Translations under genes and position numbers: made by a program
In this document: in pieces, positions 10,359-19,499 of the stretch
How positions within the stretch are numbered: the stretch's first letter is position 1
Layout of the letters: each line of letters starts with the position of its first letter
The notes under the pieces: generated by a model
Databases searched by the model: none
Told to the model about the DNA's origin: nothing
Seen by the model: only the letters and a program-made list of their open reading frames with translations
NCBI GenBank assembly: GCA_964429245.1
Contig: CAYSBE010000001.1
Span: forward strand, 1-46,349
Direction of reading: 5' to 3'
Length of the DNA stretch: 46,349 nt
Source of the DNA: an uncultured Bifidobacteriaceae bacterium
Lineage (GTDB): Bacteria > Bacteroidota > Bacteroidia > UKL13-3

Positions 10359-11405
10359 TTATAAAATTAACATGGCATCTCCGTAAGCAAGAAAACGGTA
10401 TTTTTTCTTGATGGCTTCTTGGTAAGCTTCCACCAAGAAATCATAATCTGCGAATGCAGCACTCATCATCATTAAAGTAGATTCAGGCGTGTGGAAATTT
10501 GTAATGATGGCATTAGGTATGGAAAAATCATAGAATGGGAAGATAAATTTATCTGTCCACCCGCTACCCACATTAAGCCTTCCTACTGATGAAACAGAAG
10601 ATTCCAAACCCCTAACCACTGAGGAACCAACTGCAATGACACGTTTTTTATTATCCAAGGCTTTGTTTACAATTTTTGCAGTATGCTCAGGTATTTCGTA
10701 ATACTCTGAATCCATTTTGTGTTTAGTCAAGTCTTCAACTTCTACTGCACGAAATGTACCCAAACCATTATGCAAAGTCATTTCAGTAAAATGTGCACCT
10801 TTAATTTCAAGACGCATCATCAATTCCTTTGTAAAGTGTAAACCTGCAGTTGGTGGTGATACTGCACCAATTCTGGTAGCAAATATGGTTTGAAATCTTT
10901 CTTTATCTGCTTTTTCAACGGCCCTTCCCATATATTTTGGAATAGGCATCTCTCCTAGTTTATCAATTAACTTCCAAAGTTCTTCGTCACTGCCATCAAA
11001 TAAAAATCGGATGGTTCTGCCTCTTGACGTAGTGTTATCAACTACTTCTGCTACAAGATCATCGTTTCCAAAGTATAGTTTATTTCCTACACGGATTTTA
11101 CGTGCTGGATCAACCAATACATCCCAAAGTTTCATTTCCTTATTCAATTCACGCAATAAGAATACTTCTATTTGTGCACCTGTTTTTTCCTTACTACCAT
11201 ATAAACGTGCTGGAAAAACTTTGGTATTATTAATCACAAAAACATCATCCTCATTAAAATACTCAAGAATATCATTAAATTTTCTGTGTTCTATTTTCTT
11301 GGTATCTCTGTGTAACACCATCATTTTAGCATCGTGACGAACATCTGTTGGGTGTTTCGCAATTAGGCTGTCTGCAAAGTTGAATTTAAATTGGGATAGT
11401 TTCAT
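10359..11405 (-). CDS. queA: S-adenosylmethionine:tRNA ribosyltransferase-isomerase
   Basis: 348 aa. The N-terminus is [19 protein letters not shown]. The motif [13 protein letters not shown] and the C-terminal [10 protein letters not shown] are typical of QueA. Confidence 0.95.
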   Translation of the reverse strand: MKLSQFKFNFADSLIAKHPTDVRHDAKMMVLHRDTKKIEHRKFNDILEYFNEDDVFVINNTKVFPARLYGSKEKTGAQIEVFLLRELNKEMKLWDVLVDPARKIRVGNKLYFGNDDLVAEVVDNTTSRGRTIRFLFDGSDEELWKLIDKLGEMPIPKYMGRAVEKADKERFQTIFATRIGAVSPPTAGLHFTKELMMRLEIKGAHFTEMTLHNGLGTFRAVEVEDLTKHKMDSEYYEIPEHTAKIVNKALDNKKRVIAVGSSVVRGLESSVSSVGRLNVGSGWTDKFIFPFYDFSIPNAIITNFHTPESTLMMMSAAFADYDFLVEAYQEAIKKKYRFLAYGDAMLIL

Positions 11406-11465
11406 CGTGTATATTTTCCTGTAAGTGTATATTATGCCTCAGATAAAGCAAAAATTTGAGGTGCG

Positions 11466-11495
11466 CAAATGTAGCATATCCAATTAAAAATACAA
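11466..11495 (-). promoter_or_regulatory. Putative Bacteroidota sigma-A promoter for queA
   Basis: The minus strand reads TTG-N19-TACATTTG, which fits the -33 TTG / -7 TAnnTTTG consensus. It lies about 60 nt upstream of the queA ATG. This is a motif match only. Confidence 0.35.
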
Positions 11496-11502
11496 CCGTA
11501 TA

Positions 11503-11541
11503 AAAACAAAACAGCCGACACAATGGCCGGCTGTCTTTTTT
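11503..11541 (-). terminator. Rho-independent terminator after the TPR lipoprotein gene
   Basis: ACAGCCG-N10-CGGCTGT forms the hairpin. In the minus sense it is followed by TTTGTTTTT. It lies just downstream of the stop at 11563 and upstream of the queA promoter box. Confidence 0.6.
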
Positions 11542-11562
11542 ATAATATTAATTAATTGGCTA

Positions 11563-13314
11563 TTAGCGAATTGCCGATTGAAATGCTGGATTAGCCCAGA
11601 ACTTGATAAACTCCACATCATCCTTAGCCATTGTGCGAGCATCTGCACTTAATTGCACGGCACGTGTAAGGTTTGTAGTCATTAAATCTTGGTTATTGGT
11701 GCGAGCACCAATAATTGCACGCAAATAATAGCAATTCCAAGTTAGTGACTCTGGAGTCATGTTGTCAATAGTTGCTTTAGCTGCATTTGCATCTCCGCTA
11801 AGTAATTGAGCTAATGCCAAGTTAAAATCTTTAATACCTGACTTATTGAAATTTGCTACAGCGTCAGCATAGTTTCCTGTTTTAATTGCAAGTACACCCA
11901 TCCCATAGCTGGCATCTCCGCCTTTACCAGTTGCTTGCTTGTATAATTCGGCAGCCTTTTTGTAATCACCTTCCATACGTGCTACGTTAGCCATGTTTAC
12001 CAAGATAATTCCGTTTTCAGGTGAAAGTTCATTGGCTTTTGCGATGTTTGACTTTCCTGATGCTGCATTACCTAAAGCATATTGAGTAGAACCAAGGTTA
12101 TTGTATCCTCTCCAATCGTTAGGATATTTCTCTACCAGTTTTGCATATACCGATTGCTTTTGGTTTAAGTCTGTAGTGATTTTGCCTAGTTGTAATAATT
12201 CACTATCGCTCAATATATCTAATGTTGCCATATTGGCTTTCAATTCATCATCACTCTTCAAAGGAGTTTGCCCCATCACTTGCAACTCAGATCTGCGTAA
12301 ATTTGGAAGCATTTTTGTTTTTGTCATTTCCCAGAATTTAGGGAAGCTCCTTTTTATTTGAGCTTCTCTCTCTTCATCCGAAATACTTTTATTGTTAATC
12401 ACATTCAATACTTCATTTTTCTCAGGTGCATTGCTAGCTTCTACCAACTTAGCAAATCCTGCCCAATCTTCTGAAAGGGTATATCCCATTTTAAAATTTT
12501 CATCATTTGCTTCAGTGAAACCAAGTTTCTTTAATTCTTTTTTGAAATAGTTAAATGTTGAATTTGAACGGCCTTTTGACAATCCTTCATTACGTCTCAA
12601 TTCACCATCAGGTGATGCAAACGCATTGATATTGATACCTTTTACTTGCCAATCTTTGCTGGTTTTCAATACTTGTTTAAGCGAATCTATTTGTTTTTTG
12701 TTATCAAATAGATTTTTCATCTTAAAGCTAGCATTGAATTTATCTACGTTTATTGGGAAATAGATATTTATATTTTTTGTGCTTGAGGTAGCAACATAAG
12801 GTGTTTTGTCATATTGCATGCCACTACCAGTATTGCTTACTAATAAAGGAGTAATATTGGTTCCTTCAGCCAATGGCTTAACATCGGCACCCAACTGAAC
12901 ATTTTGGTAAACACCTTTAACCTTTACAGCAAAAGTAGGATACATTGTAACGCGCTTTAAATTTGAATTGTAAGGTATTTTGGTGGTATATGTTACATTT
13001 CCTCCAGTTTTAGAATTTAATTTTACATCTACAGCTTCTGTAACCTTTTCACCACCCAATGTCATCTCGTTCAACTGCACATCTCCGTTTTCATTGCGCA
13101 ATACAGGCTGGAATTTAATAACAGCTGATGGATTTACTGATTTGGCGGGTACATTTGCTGAAATGGTAATTTCAATGGAATCGCCTTTTAACTCTAAAGG
13201 ATTTGGGGTTACGGTGTAATTATTATTACCCATGTTGGTTTTTACACTACATGAACTTATAAGAACAACGCCTAAGATTAAGAATGAAAATAATTTAAGT
13301 TTGTTGCGTGTCAT
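11563..13314 (-). CDS. Lipoprotein with C-terminal TPR repeats, function unknown
   Basis: The start is taken at MTRNKLKLFSFLILGVVLISSC (ATG 13314), which is a lipoprotein-type signal. The C-terminal ~200 aa contain TPR-like repeats (GDYKKAAELYKQA, GNYADAVANFNKS). The upstream 39 codons of the track ORF look like translated AT-rich promoter DNA. Confidence 0.7.
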   Translation of the reverse strand: MTRNKLKLFSFLILGVVLISSCSVKTNMGNNNYTVTPNPLELKGDSIEITISANVPAKSVNPSAVIKFQPVLRNENGDVQLNEMTLGGEKVTEAVDVKLNSKTGGNVTYTTKIPYNSNLKRVTMYPTFAVKVKGVYQNVQLGADVKPLAEGTNITPLLVSNTGSGMQYDKTPYVATSSTKNINIYFPINVDKFNASFKMKNLFDNKKQIDSLKQVLKTSKDWQVKGININAFASPDGELRRNEGLSKGRSNSTFNYFKKELKKLGFTEANDENFKMGYTLSEDWAGFAKLVEASNAPEKNEVLNVINNKSISDEEREAQIKRSFPKFWEMTKTKMLPNLRRSELQVMGQTPLKSDDELKANMATLDILSDSELLQLGKITTDLNQKQSVYAKLVEKYPNDWRGYNNLGSTQYALGNAASGKSNIAKANELSPENGIILVNMANVARMEGDYKKAAELYKQATGKGGDASYGMGVLAIKTGNYADAVANFNKSGIKDFNLALAQLLSGDANAAKATIDNMTPESLTWNCYYLRAIIGARTNNQDLMTTNLTRAVQLSADARTMAKDDVEFIKFWANPAFQSAIR

Positions 13315-13332
13315 ACTTTGTTTTAATTTGCT

Positions 13333-13587
13333 GTGCAATATTACATTTATTTGTATAACAAATCCATTAAATTTTACACATTGTACATTATAAAAATCAA
13401 AGGCAAAGCCAAAATTCCTGATTACGTCCAATTACGTGATGATAATTTTACGCTTATTGCCTATTTCCGTACAGATAGACCTGAAAGGGCATTAGAAAAA
13501 TGTGGTTTGGGGCATTTAAATGAACAAATATTAACATTGGTAAAAGATATGCCCTTTGGAAAAATGCAAAAATTAGAATTGAAATAG
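13333..13587 (+). CDS. Questionable 84-codon ORF ending 8 nt before ftsE
   Basis: The first ~28 codons are low-complexity and AT-rich (MQYYIYLYNKSIKFYTLYIIKIKGKAK). The last ~55 codons are more protein-like and locally less AT-rich. No motif was recognised. The region could instead be non-coding leader. Confidence 0.2.
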   Translation: MQYYIYLYNKSIKFYTLYIIKIKGKAKIPDYVQLRDDNFTLIAYFRTDRPERALEKCGLGHLNEQILTLVKDMPFGKMQKLELK

Positions 13588-13595
13588 TAAAAAAA

Positions 13596-14285
13596 GTGGA
13601 AAACGAACTCATCATACATTTACAAGACGCACAGGTTTATCATGCCAACAACCTTATTTTATCAGACGTGGATATTGAAATTCGCAAAGGCGAATTTTGG
13701 TATTTGATTGGCCAAACCGGAAGCGGTAAATCAAGTTTGCTGAAAACCATGTACGGTGAGCTGAAATTGGATCACGGTGCCGGTAAAATTGCAGGGTTTG
13801 ATTTACTTAAGCTTAAAACAAAGGACGTTCCGTTTCTTAGAAGAAAACTGGGTATCGTTTTTCAAGATTTTCAGCTACTTACAGACCGTTCTGTTTATGA
13901 AAACCTTCGTTTTGTGTTGCAAGCAACAGGCTGGAAATCTGAAGCGGAAATGAAAAACCGCATAGAAGAAGTGTTAGAAATGGTTGGCTTACAAACCAAA
14001 GACTTTAAAATGCCTTTTGAAATAAGTGGTGGAGAGCAGCAAAGGGTTGTGATTGCACGTGCATTATTAAACCATCCTGAACTTATTTTGGCAGATGAAC
14101 CAACCGGAAACCTTGACCCCAAAGTTAGTGATGATATTATGATGCTTCTGCATGACATCAGCAAAAAAGGTACTGCCATATTAATGGCTACCCACGATTA
14201 CCGTATTATTCAGAAATTTCCCGGTAAAATATTGAAGTGTGAAAACGGCATTGTACAACAAACCTACACTACAGGTATTTTTTAA
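13596..14285 (+). CDS. ftsE: Cell-division ABC ATPase FtsE-like
   Basis: GTG start. Walker A is GQTGSGKSS, the signature is ISGGEQQRVVIARAL, and Walker B is LILADEPTGNLD. The size of 229 aa fits FtsE. No ftsX gene is adjacent. Confidence 0.8.
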   Translation: MENELIIHLQDAQVYHANNLILSDVDIEIRKGEFWYLIGQTGSGKSSLLKTMYGELKLDHGAGKIAGFDLLKLKTKDVPFLRRKLGIVFQDFQLLTDRSVYENLRFVLQATGWKSEAEMKNRIEEVLEMVGLQTKDFKMPFEISGGEQQRVVIARALLNHPELILADEPTGNLDPKVSDDIMMLLHDISKKGTAILMATHDYRIIQKFPGKILKCENGIVQQTYTTGIF

Positions 14286-14300
14286 AATAGTAGATTTTAA

Positions 14301-15344
14301 ATGAATAAAGCTGAGCTCAATATACTGGCAGGTCAACCTGAAATGCTTGATAAAGCAAGGCTAAATGATATGAAAGCACTTGTAAAGGATTTTTCATATT
14401 TTCAAGGAGCACATGTTCTCTTGCTCAAAAACCTGAATAATATTCATCATTACGAATTTGATGCTACGCTAAAAAAAACAGCGTTGAGTATCCCTAATCG
14501 GGTACATCTGTATCAATTTTTAAATAATATTCCCGATGATATTACGCCAATTTATAAAAAACGTTCTACTGAATCTGTTAAACCTGAAAAAGAAGAACTT
14601 ACGATTAATAACAGAGAATTAGAAAATTATAAAGAAATGGATAGCACCATTTCACATTCGGAAGTTGAATGGCATACAGAAAGCGAACTTCAGCACAACA
14701 AACCAACAATCGATTTAGTAGAAATAATAAATGCGGAGTCTACAATTGAGCCACAAATAGAAAAGCAAACCCAAGAATTACCTTCCGCTGAAATTAACCT
14801 TAATACTGAAACTCTAGAATTTAAACAATTAACAACTGAAGAATTACAACCAATAACCAATGATAATGAAGAGCATAGCTTCATTGAATGGTTAAAAATA
14901 AGTAAGGGTATCTCATTAGAACAAGAAGAAACAACCGCTCATGTAAATTCACTAGATAACACTACAGATGCCGTACCTGAAGTTCTTCATAAAATAGAGA
15001 CTCCCGTTAATTATTCGAATGAATCAGTCCTTCCACCAGAGACTAAGCCGACAAATAATTCTAGTAATATTGTGGTTGTTGAATCCCTCTTAGATAAATT
15101 TTTAAGAGAAAACCCTCGAATGAGCAGACCTAAAGCTGAGTTTTACAATCCATCAAATATGGCAAAACAAAGTGTGGAGGAGGACGATGAAATTGCTACT
15201 GAGACACTTGCAAAAATATATCTTAAACAAGGACATCATAAAAAAGCAATACGCATTTATGAAAAATTATGCTTGTTATATCCTCATAGAATTGCTTACT
15301 TTGCCGACCTTATTCAAAAAATAAAACAAGATAACAAAGACTAA
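14301..15344 (+). CDS. Hypothetical protein with a structured N-terminus, an acidic low-complexity centre and a TPR-like C-terminal helix pair
   Basis: 347-aa ORF lying 15 nt after ftsE and 2 nt before secG. The C-terminus reads ATETLAKIYLKQGHHKKAIRIYEKLCLLYPHRIAYFADLIQKI. No TM segment or signal peptide is present. Confidence 0.6.
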   Translation: MNKAELNILAGQPEMLDKARLNDMKALVKDFSYFQGAHVLLLKNLNNIHHYEFDATLKKTALSIPNRVHLYQFLNNIPDDITPIYKKRSTESVKPEKEELTINNRELENYKEMDSTISHSEVEWHTESELQHNKPTIDLVEIINAESTIEPQIEKQTQELPSAEINLNTETLEFKQLTTEELQPITNDNEEHSFIEWLKISKGISLEQEETTAHVNSLDNTTDAVPEVLHKIETPVNYSNESVLPPETKPTNNSSNIVVVESLLDKFLRENPRMSRPKAEFYNPSNMAKQSVEEDDEIATETLAKIYLKQGHHKKAIRIYEKLCLLYPHRIAYFADLIQKIKQDNKD

Positions 15345-15346
15345 TT

Positions 15347-15754
15347 ATGTATACCCTAATTGCAATAGTAATCATCATAGCATCTATTTTGCTAACCCTT
15401 ATCGTATTAATTCAAAATCCTAAAGGTGGAGGTATCGCTTCAAACTTTGTAGCTCCAAACCAAATTATGGGAGTTAAGCGTTCAACAGATGTTGTTGAGA
15501 AAGCAACATGGGTATTAGCCGGAGTATTGGTTGGATTGTCATTGTTATCAAACTTTTTCCGCCCTGTTTCTGATGCTGATGCAGAAGGAACTTCTACCAA
15601 ATCGGAGTTACTCGAAAATTTTGATGGAAGTGAAGCGCCTGCGGCCTTGCCAGCAGCTCCTGAAGAAGGTGCAGCTCAACAACCTACACCAACAGAAGAG
15701 GCAGCCCCTTCAAACGAAGCCGTTCCAAATCAGGAAGCTCAACCAGCAAACTAA
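15347..15754 (+). CDS. secG: Preprotein translocase subunit SecG with a Pro/Ala/Glu-rich C-terminal tail
   Basis: The sequence LLTLIVLIQNPKGGGIASNF is the SecG signature. A second TM follows (WVLAGVLVGLSLLSNFF). The tail of about 55 aa is P/A/E-rich. Confidence 0.85.
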   Translation: MYTLIAIVIIIASILLTLIVLIQNPKGGGIASNFVAPNQIMGVKRSTDVVEKATWVLAGVLVGLSLLSNFFRPVSDADAEGTSTKSELLENFDGSEAPAALPAAPEEGAAQQPTPTEEAAPSNEAVPNQEAQPAN

Positions 15755-15776
15755 TATTTGACATTAATTACTTTTT

Positions 15777-15806
15777 AAGCCGTGCTGTATCAGTTCGGCT
15801 TTTTTT
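15777..15806 (+). terminator. Rho-independent terminator after secG
   Basis: AAGCCG...CGGCTT forms the outer stem, with an inner CTG/CAG pairing, followed by a T-run. Confidence 0.55.
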
Positions 15807-15877
15807 GCATGCTACTTTTTTGAATCTTTCATATATTATATTATATATTCGTTATATAAAATTAATAAAAGGTGCAT

Positions 15878-18800
15878 ATGAAAACGAAAATTATTACATC
15901 AATTCTATTTGTAGGATTATTCCTATTTATGTTTTTTCCATCTGCTTTTGCTCAACTCAATTATCAAACAGGCGGATTTAGTACTGCTTCAAGTACCTAT
16001 GCTGATTTAGGAACCAATGGTTCCGCCATTACTATGAGCAATATTGATAATGGCTTTTCGTCTCCGCAATCCATAGGATTCACCTTTAGATTCAACGGTA
16101 CAGATTATGACTCATTAGTAATGTATGTTGATGGTTTTATCAAATTAGGAAGTGATACTGCTTCAAGCAACCTTCTTTATACAACATTTGTTCAACCACC
16201 TTCAGGTGGTCCATTTAGCAGCACTGTTGGTAGGGATAGCAATTTAATTGTTCCGTTTGGTCAGGATTTATGGAACCGTGGTGGAGCACAATCCCCAGAA
16301 TTTCGCATACACACAAGTGGAACTGCTGGTTCTAGGGTTTGCACGATACAATGGAAAAATGTAAGTGACAAAGTTCAAAATTTAATTAGTTCACAATATG
16401 ATACGATCAATTTTCAAGTAAAACTTTATGAAACCTCAAATTGGATTGAATTCCAATATGGCAGATGGGTTCCTTCAACCAACACATCTGACGCACGCTT
16501 TGGTGCAGTAGGGTTAAAAGGCAGCAGCAGTGTAACCAATCAATTGATTACGTTAACTAAAGCATCGGCAATTGCATGGTCCAACGTAATTGTGAATGCC
16601 GGAAATTATACCACAAATGCCCTAAATTATGGAAACAATGTAGGAATTGCCAGACCTGCACCAGACATTGGACGTATTTATCGATTTACTCCGGTTGTAT
16701 TTAATGACTTAGCTGTTTCAAGTGTTTACGCAGTTGGAAAATTAATCACGAATTCATCTTTAACTGATTCAATAAGGGCTTATATTATTAACCCCGGTGT
16801 GAATGCACAGTCAAGCGTAACAGTCACGCTAACAATTTCAGGAGCAAATTCATTTAGTGCAACCACGACTATTCCAAGTTTAGCACCTAGTGCGGGGACA
16901 TATGTATCTTTCCCCCCGTTCATACCCATAAATAATGGTACAAGTTTAATAACCGTCTCCGTACCAACTGATGATAACGCATCGAATAATGTAGGTACAT
17001 ACGGTTTAAGTGCCAGCAATAGTTTTTTATCTTATAACGATACTTTACAAAGTCCAGGACAATCATACGGACACTCAACTTGGGTACAATTTTGGGGCAC
17101 GCGGTTTAGGATAACTGATAAAAGGCGCATTACTGAAGTACGTTCATTTATCTTCTCAAACTCAGGAGCAACAGGCGATACAATAAGAGGAATGATATTA
17201 GATACAACAGGAGTTGTTGTTGGAATATCTGCGCCTTTTGTTATCCAACCTTCTAATTTAGGCACATGGGTAACGCTTCCTATTTTAGTACCAATAGAAG
17301 TAAATAACAGATCTTTTATCAGCGGTATTGCATGCCAATCAGCTTCGGTTAATCGGTTTTTAGGATCTATACAAAATGAAACACCAATTCGTCCTAATAA
17401 CAATGCGTTTTATAGTATAACTAATTTTGCAACTGCAGTTTCCGGATTCACTACAGGAATGTATTTTGGATTTCCTGCTACTTTTGGCCTTGGCAGATTA
17501 ATGATGGAATGCACGGCAGAACCAACTCCGGCAAATGACTATGGTGTAGTTGCAGCATATCCTCAAAATGGTCAAACTGTACCCACAGGTGTAAATATTC
17601 CCTTGCGTGCATTGGTAAGAAATCTTGGAACTGCTACACAATCATCTGGTATTGCCATTCGCTACCGTATAAATAATGGTGCCATCATTGGTCCAGTAAA
17701 TACTGGTATTGCATTAAATGACGGTGACACAACAATGGTAACTTTTAGTGGATTATCATCTATAAATTTCAGTACGCCCGGTATATACACAATTAAAATA
17801 TGGTCCCAGCTAAGCAATGATCCTGCTAGATATAATGATACATTCACGTTTACCATAAATGCAGTAAACTCCGGATTGAATATTCCATACCGAACTTCTG
17901 ATTTGATTACAAACACTTTTTGGATGGCCCCACTAAACATGAATAATATCATGTTACCACAAACTGTTACCAATCCAAACGGTGTTTCTGTAGCTGGTAC
18001 ATTGCTTTTTAATAACTTTAATGTTTTTGGAACAGGTATGTTGCTTTCGCCCATGTTAAATTTTACCGGTTTAAATAATCCCGTTTTCCATTTCCATGTT
18101 GCACATGCACCATCAACTATTTCAGGCATTAGTGATACATTAGATATAATTGTATCAACTGATGGTGGATATACATTTACAACACTTTATTCTAAAACCG
18201 GTCAGGGTCCAACACCAAGATTAGGCACAATTGCTGCTCAGGGTACATTCTATTCCCCTTCAAGTGCAAATGATTGGAGACAAGAATTTGTAGATTTATC
18301 AGCATTTGCCAATCAGCCTCAGGTTATTATTGGTATTAGAAATAAATCTGCTACTGGTAATAGTGTTTATGTCACTAATATAAATATAACCAATCCAGCT
18401 GCTGTAAGCAGCAACCCTGTATTCTCTACCGGTACCATTAGCAGCGGTGCCATTACCATCAACTTACTAAATATGGGTGGAGCAAATGGCGAAATGAGCA
18501 TAAGTTCAAATAATATTTTCCCTGTATCTGTTGCACCAGGATATTCATTACCTGTATTTACTGCCAATGGCAGTGCAACAACCAACACTTCTGCAGTATT
18601 TACACCAACTAATGTGAGCAATAGATTTTGGACAGTGAATTACTCAGGTGTGGGTACCGGAAACTTGCCTTCAAGTGTGGGGTATCAGGTTATCATTGAT
18701 TATGCAACTATTCCGGGTGTTAGCAATGGCGATAGTGTATACATTATGCGCAGAAGCGATCATACTTCATCATGGGTTGCACTTCCTACTACACGTTCTG

Positions 18801-19408
18801 TTACTGCATTATCAACTGCAACCATTAATGGATTTGGAGAGTTTGCGTTGGGCAGTTTACCAACTGTAAATTCGCTGCCTGTTGAATTACTAGGTTTCAA
18901 AGGCGTAAGAAATAAGAATGATATATTGTTGACTTGGAATACAACTTCAGAGATTAATAATGACTATTTCCAAGTGGAACGGTTAAATGCGAATGGAGAA
19001 TTTGAAAATATAGGTGCCGTAAAAGGTGCAGGAAATTCAAATAATACAATCTATTATCAATTTAATGATGTGGGGCAAACCAATCAAGCGTGCTACCGGT
19101 TAAAACAAGTAGACTTTGATGGCACAGCCGAATACAGCAATATCATTTGTATAAATGGAAATACTATTGAACCGGTTATTTCTCCAAACCCATTCAATGA
19201 TCAAATTCAAATTAGTTTAAGTGAAATAGGTGAAACTGAGATTTCGATTTTTGATTTACAAGGAAAAAGATGGTTAAAAGAAATATACAACGAAGGTGAA
19301 TCTATTGTCTTGTTAGAAAATTTACAATCAATACCTAGAGGTATTTATATGATTGAAGTTAAAACAGCTTCTCAAACCGTGACCCAAAAAATTGTCAAAA
19401 CTCAGTAG
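15878..19408 (+). CDS. Large secreted T9SS cargo protein with CARDB-like repeats and a C-terminal sorting domain
   Basis: The start is taken at ATG 15878 (MKTKIITSILFVGLFLFMFFPSAFAQ), which gives a signal peptide. Two CARDB-like modules begin NDLAVSSVYA... and NDYGVVAAYP.... A pre-CTD module reads PVELLGFKG...WNTTSEINNDYFQVERL...YRLKQVDFDGT. The terminal ~75 aa read ISPNPFNDQIQISL...GIYMIEVKT...QKIVKTQ, which is typical of a T9SS CTD. Confidence 0.85.
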   Translation: MKTKIITSILFVGLFLFMFFPSAFAQLNYQTGGFSTASSTYADLGTNGSAITMSNIDNGFSSPQSIGFTFRFNGTDYDSLVMYVDGFIKLGSDTASSNLLYTTFVQPPSGGPFSSTVGRDSNLIVPFGQDLWNRGGAQSPEFRIHTSGTAGSRVCTIQWKNVSDKVQNLISSQYDTINFQVKLYETSNWIEFQYGRWVPSTNTSDARFGAVGLKGSSSVTNQLITLTKASAIAWSNVIVNAGNYTTNALNYGNNVGIARPAPDIGRIYRFTPVVFNDLAVSSVYAVGKLITNSSLTDSIRAYIINPGVNAQSSVTVTLTISGANSFSATTTIPSLAPSAGTYVSFPPFIPINNGTSLITVSVPTDDNASNNVGTYGLSASNSFLSYNDTLQSPGQSYGHSTWVQFWGTRFRITDKRRITEVRSFIFSNSGATGDTIRGMILDTTGVVVGISAPFVIQPSNLGTWVTLPILVPIEVNNRSFISGIACQSASVNRFLGSIQNETPIRPNNNAFYSITNFATAVSGFTTGMYFGFPATFGLGRLMMECTAEPTPANDYGVVAAYPQNGQTVPTGVNIPLRALVRNLGTATQSSGIAIRYRINNGAIIGPVNTGIALNDGDTTMVTFSGLSSINFSTPGIYTIKIWSQLSNDPARYNDTFTFTINAVNSGLNIPYRTSDLITNTFWMAPLNMNNIMLPQTVTNPNGVSVAGTLLFNNFNVFGTGMLLSPMLNFTGLNNPVFHFHVAHAPSTISGISDTLDIIVSTDGGYTFTTLYSKTGQGPTPRLGTIAAQGTFYSPSSANDWRQEFVDLSAFANQPQVIIGIRNKSATGNSVYVTNINITNPAAVSSNPVFSTGTISSGAITINLLNMGGANGEMSISSNNIFPVSVAPGYSLPVFTANGSATTNTSAVFTPTNVSNRFWTVNYSGVGTGNLPSSVGYQVIIDYATIPGVSNGDSVYIMRRSDHTSSWVALPTTRSVTALSTATINGFGEFALGSLPTVNSLPVELLGFKGVRNKNDILLTWNTTSEINNDYFQVERLNANGEFENIGAVKGAGNSNNTIYYQFNDVGQTNQACYRLKQVDFDGTAEYSNIICINGNTIEPVISPNPFNDQIQISLSEIGETEISIFDLQGKRWLKEIYNEGESIVLLENLQSIPRGIYMIEVKTASQTVTQKIVKTQ

Positions 19409-19427
19409 CTACTAAGTAAACAATAAT

Positions 19428-19456
19428 AAAAAAGGAGGCAAATTGCCTCCTTTTTT
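19428..19456 (+). terminator. Rho-independent terminator after the T9SS cargo gene
   Basis: AAAAAAGGAGGCA-AAT-TGCCTCCTTTTTT is a perfect GC-containing stem followed by a T-run. Confidence 0.75.
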
Positions 19457-19499
19457 ATTGCCCGAATATGTGTAAACTCGCATTAGTAATTTTACCAAT

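Noticed and set aside
13315-13431. A 39-codon N-terminal extension of the TPR lipoprotein ORF
   Set aside because: The internal Met at 13314 gives a textbook lipoprotein signal. The extension is translated AT-rich spacer.
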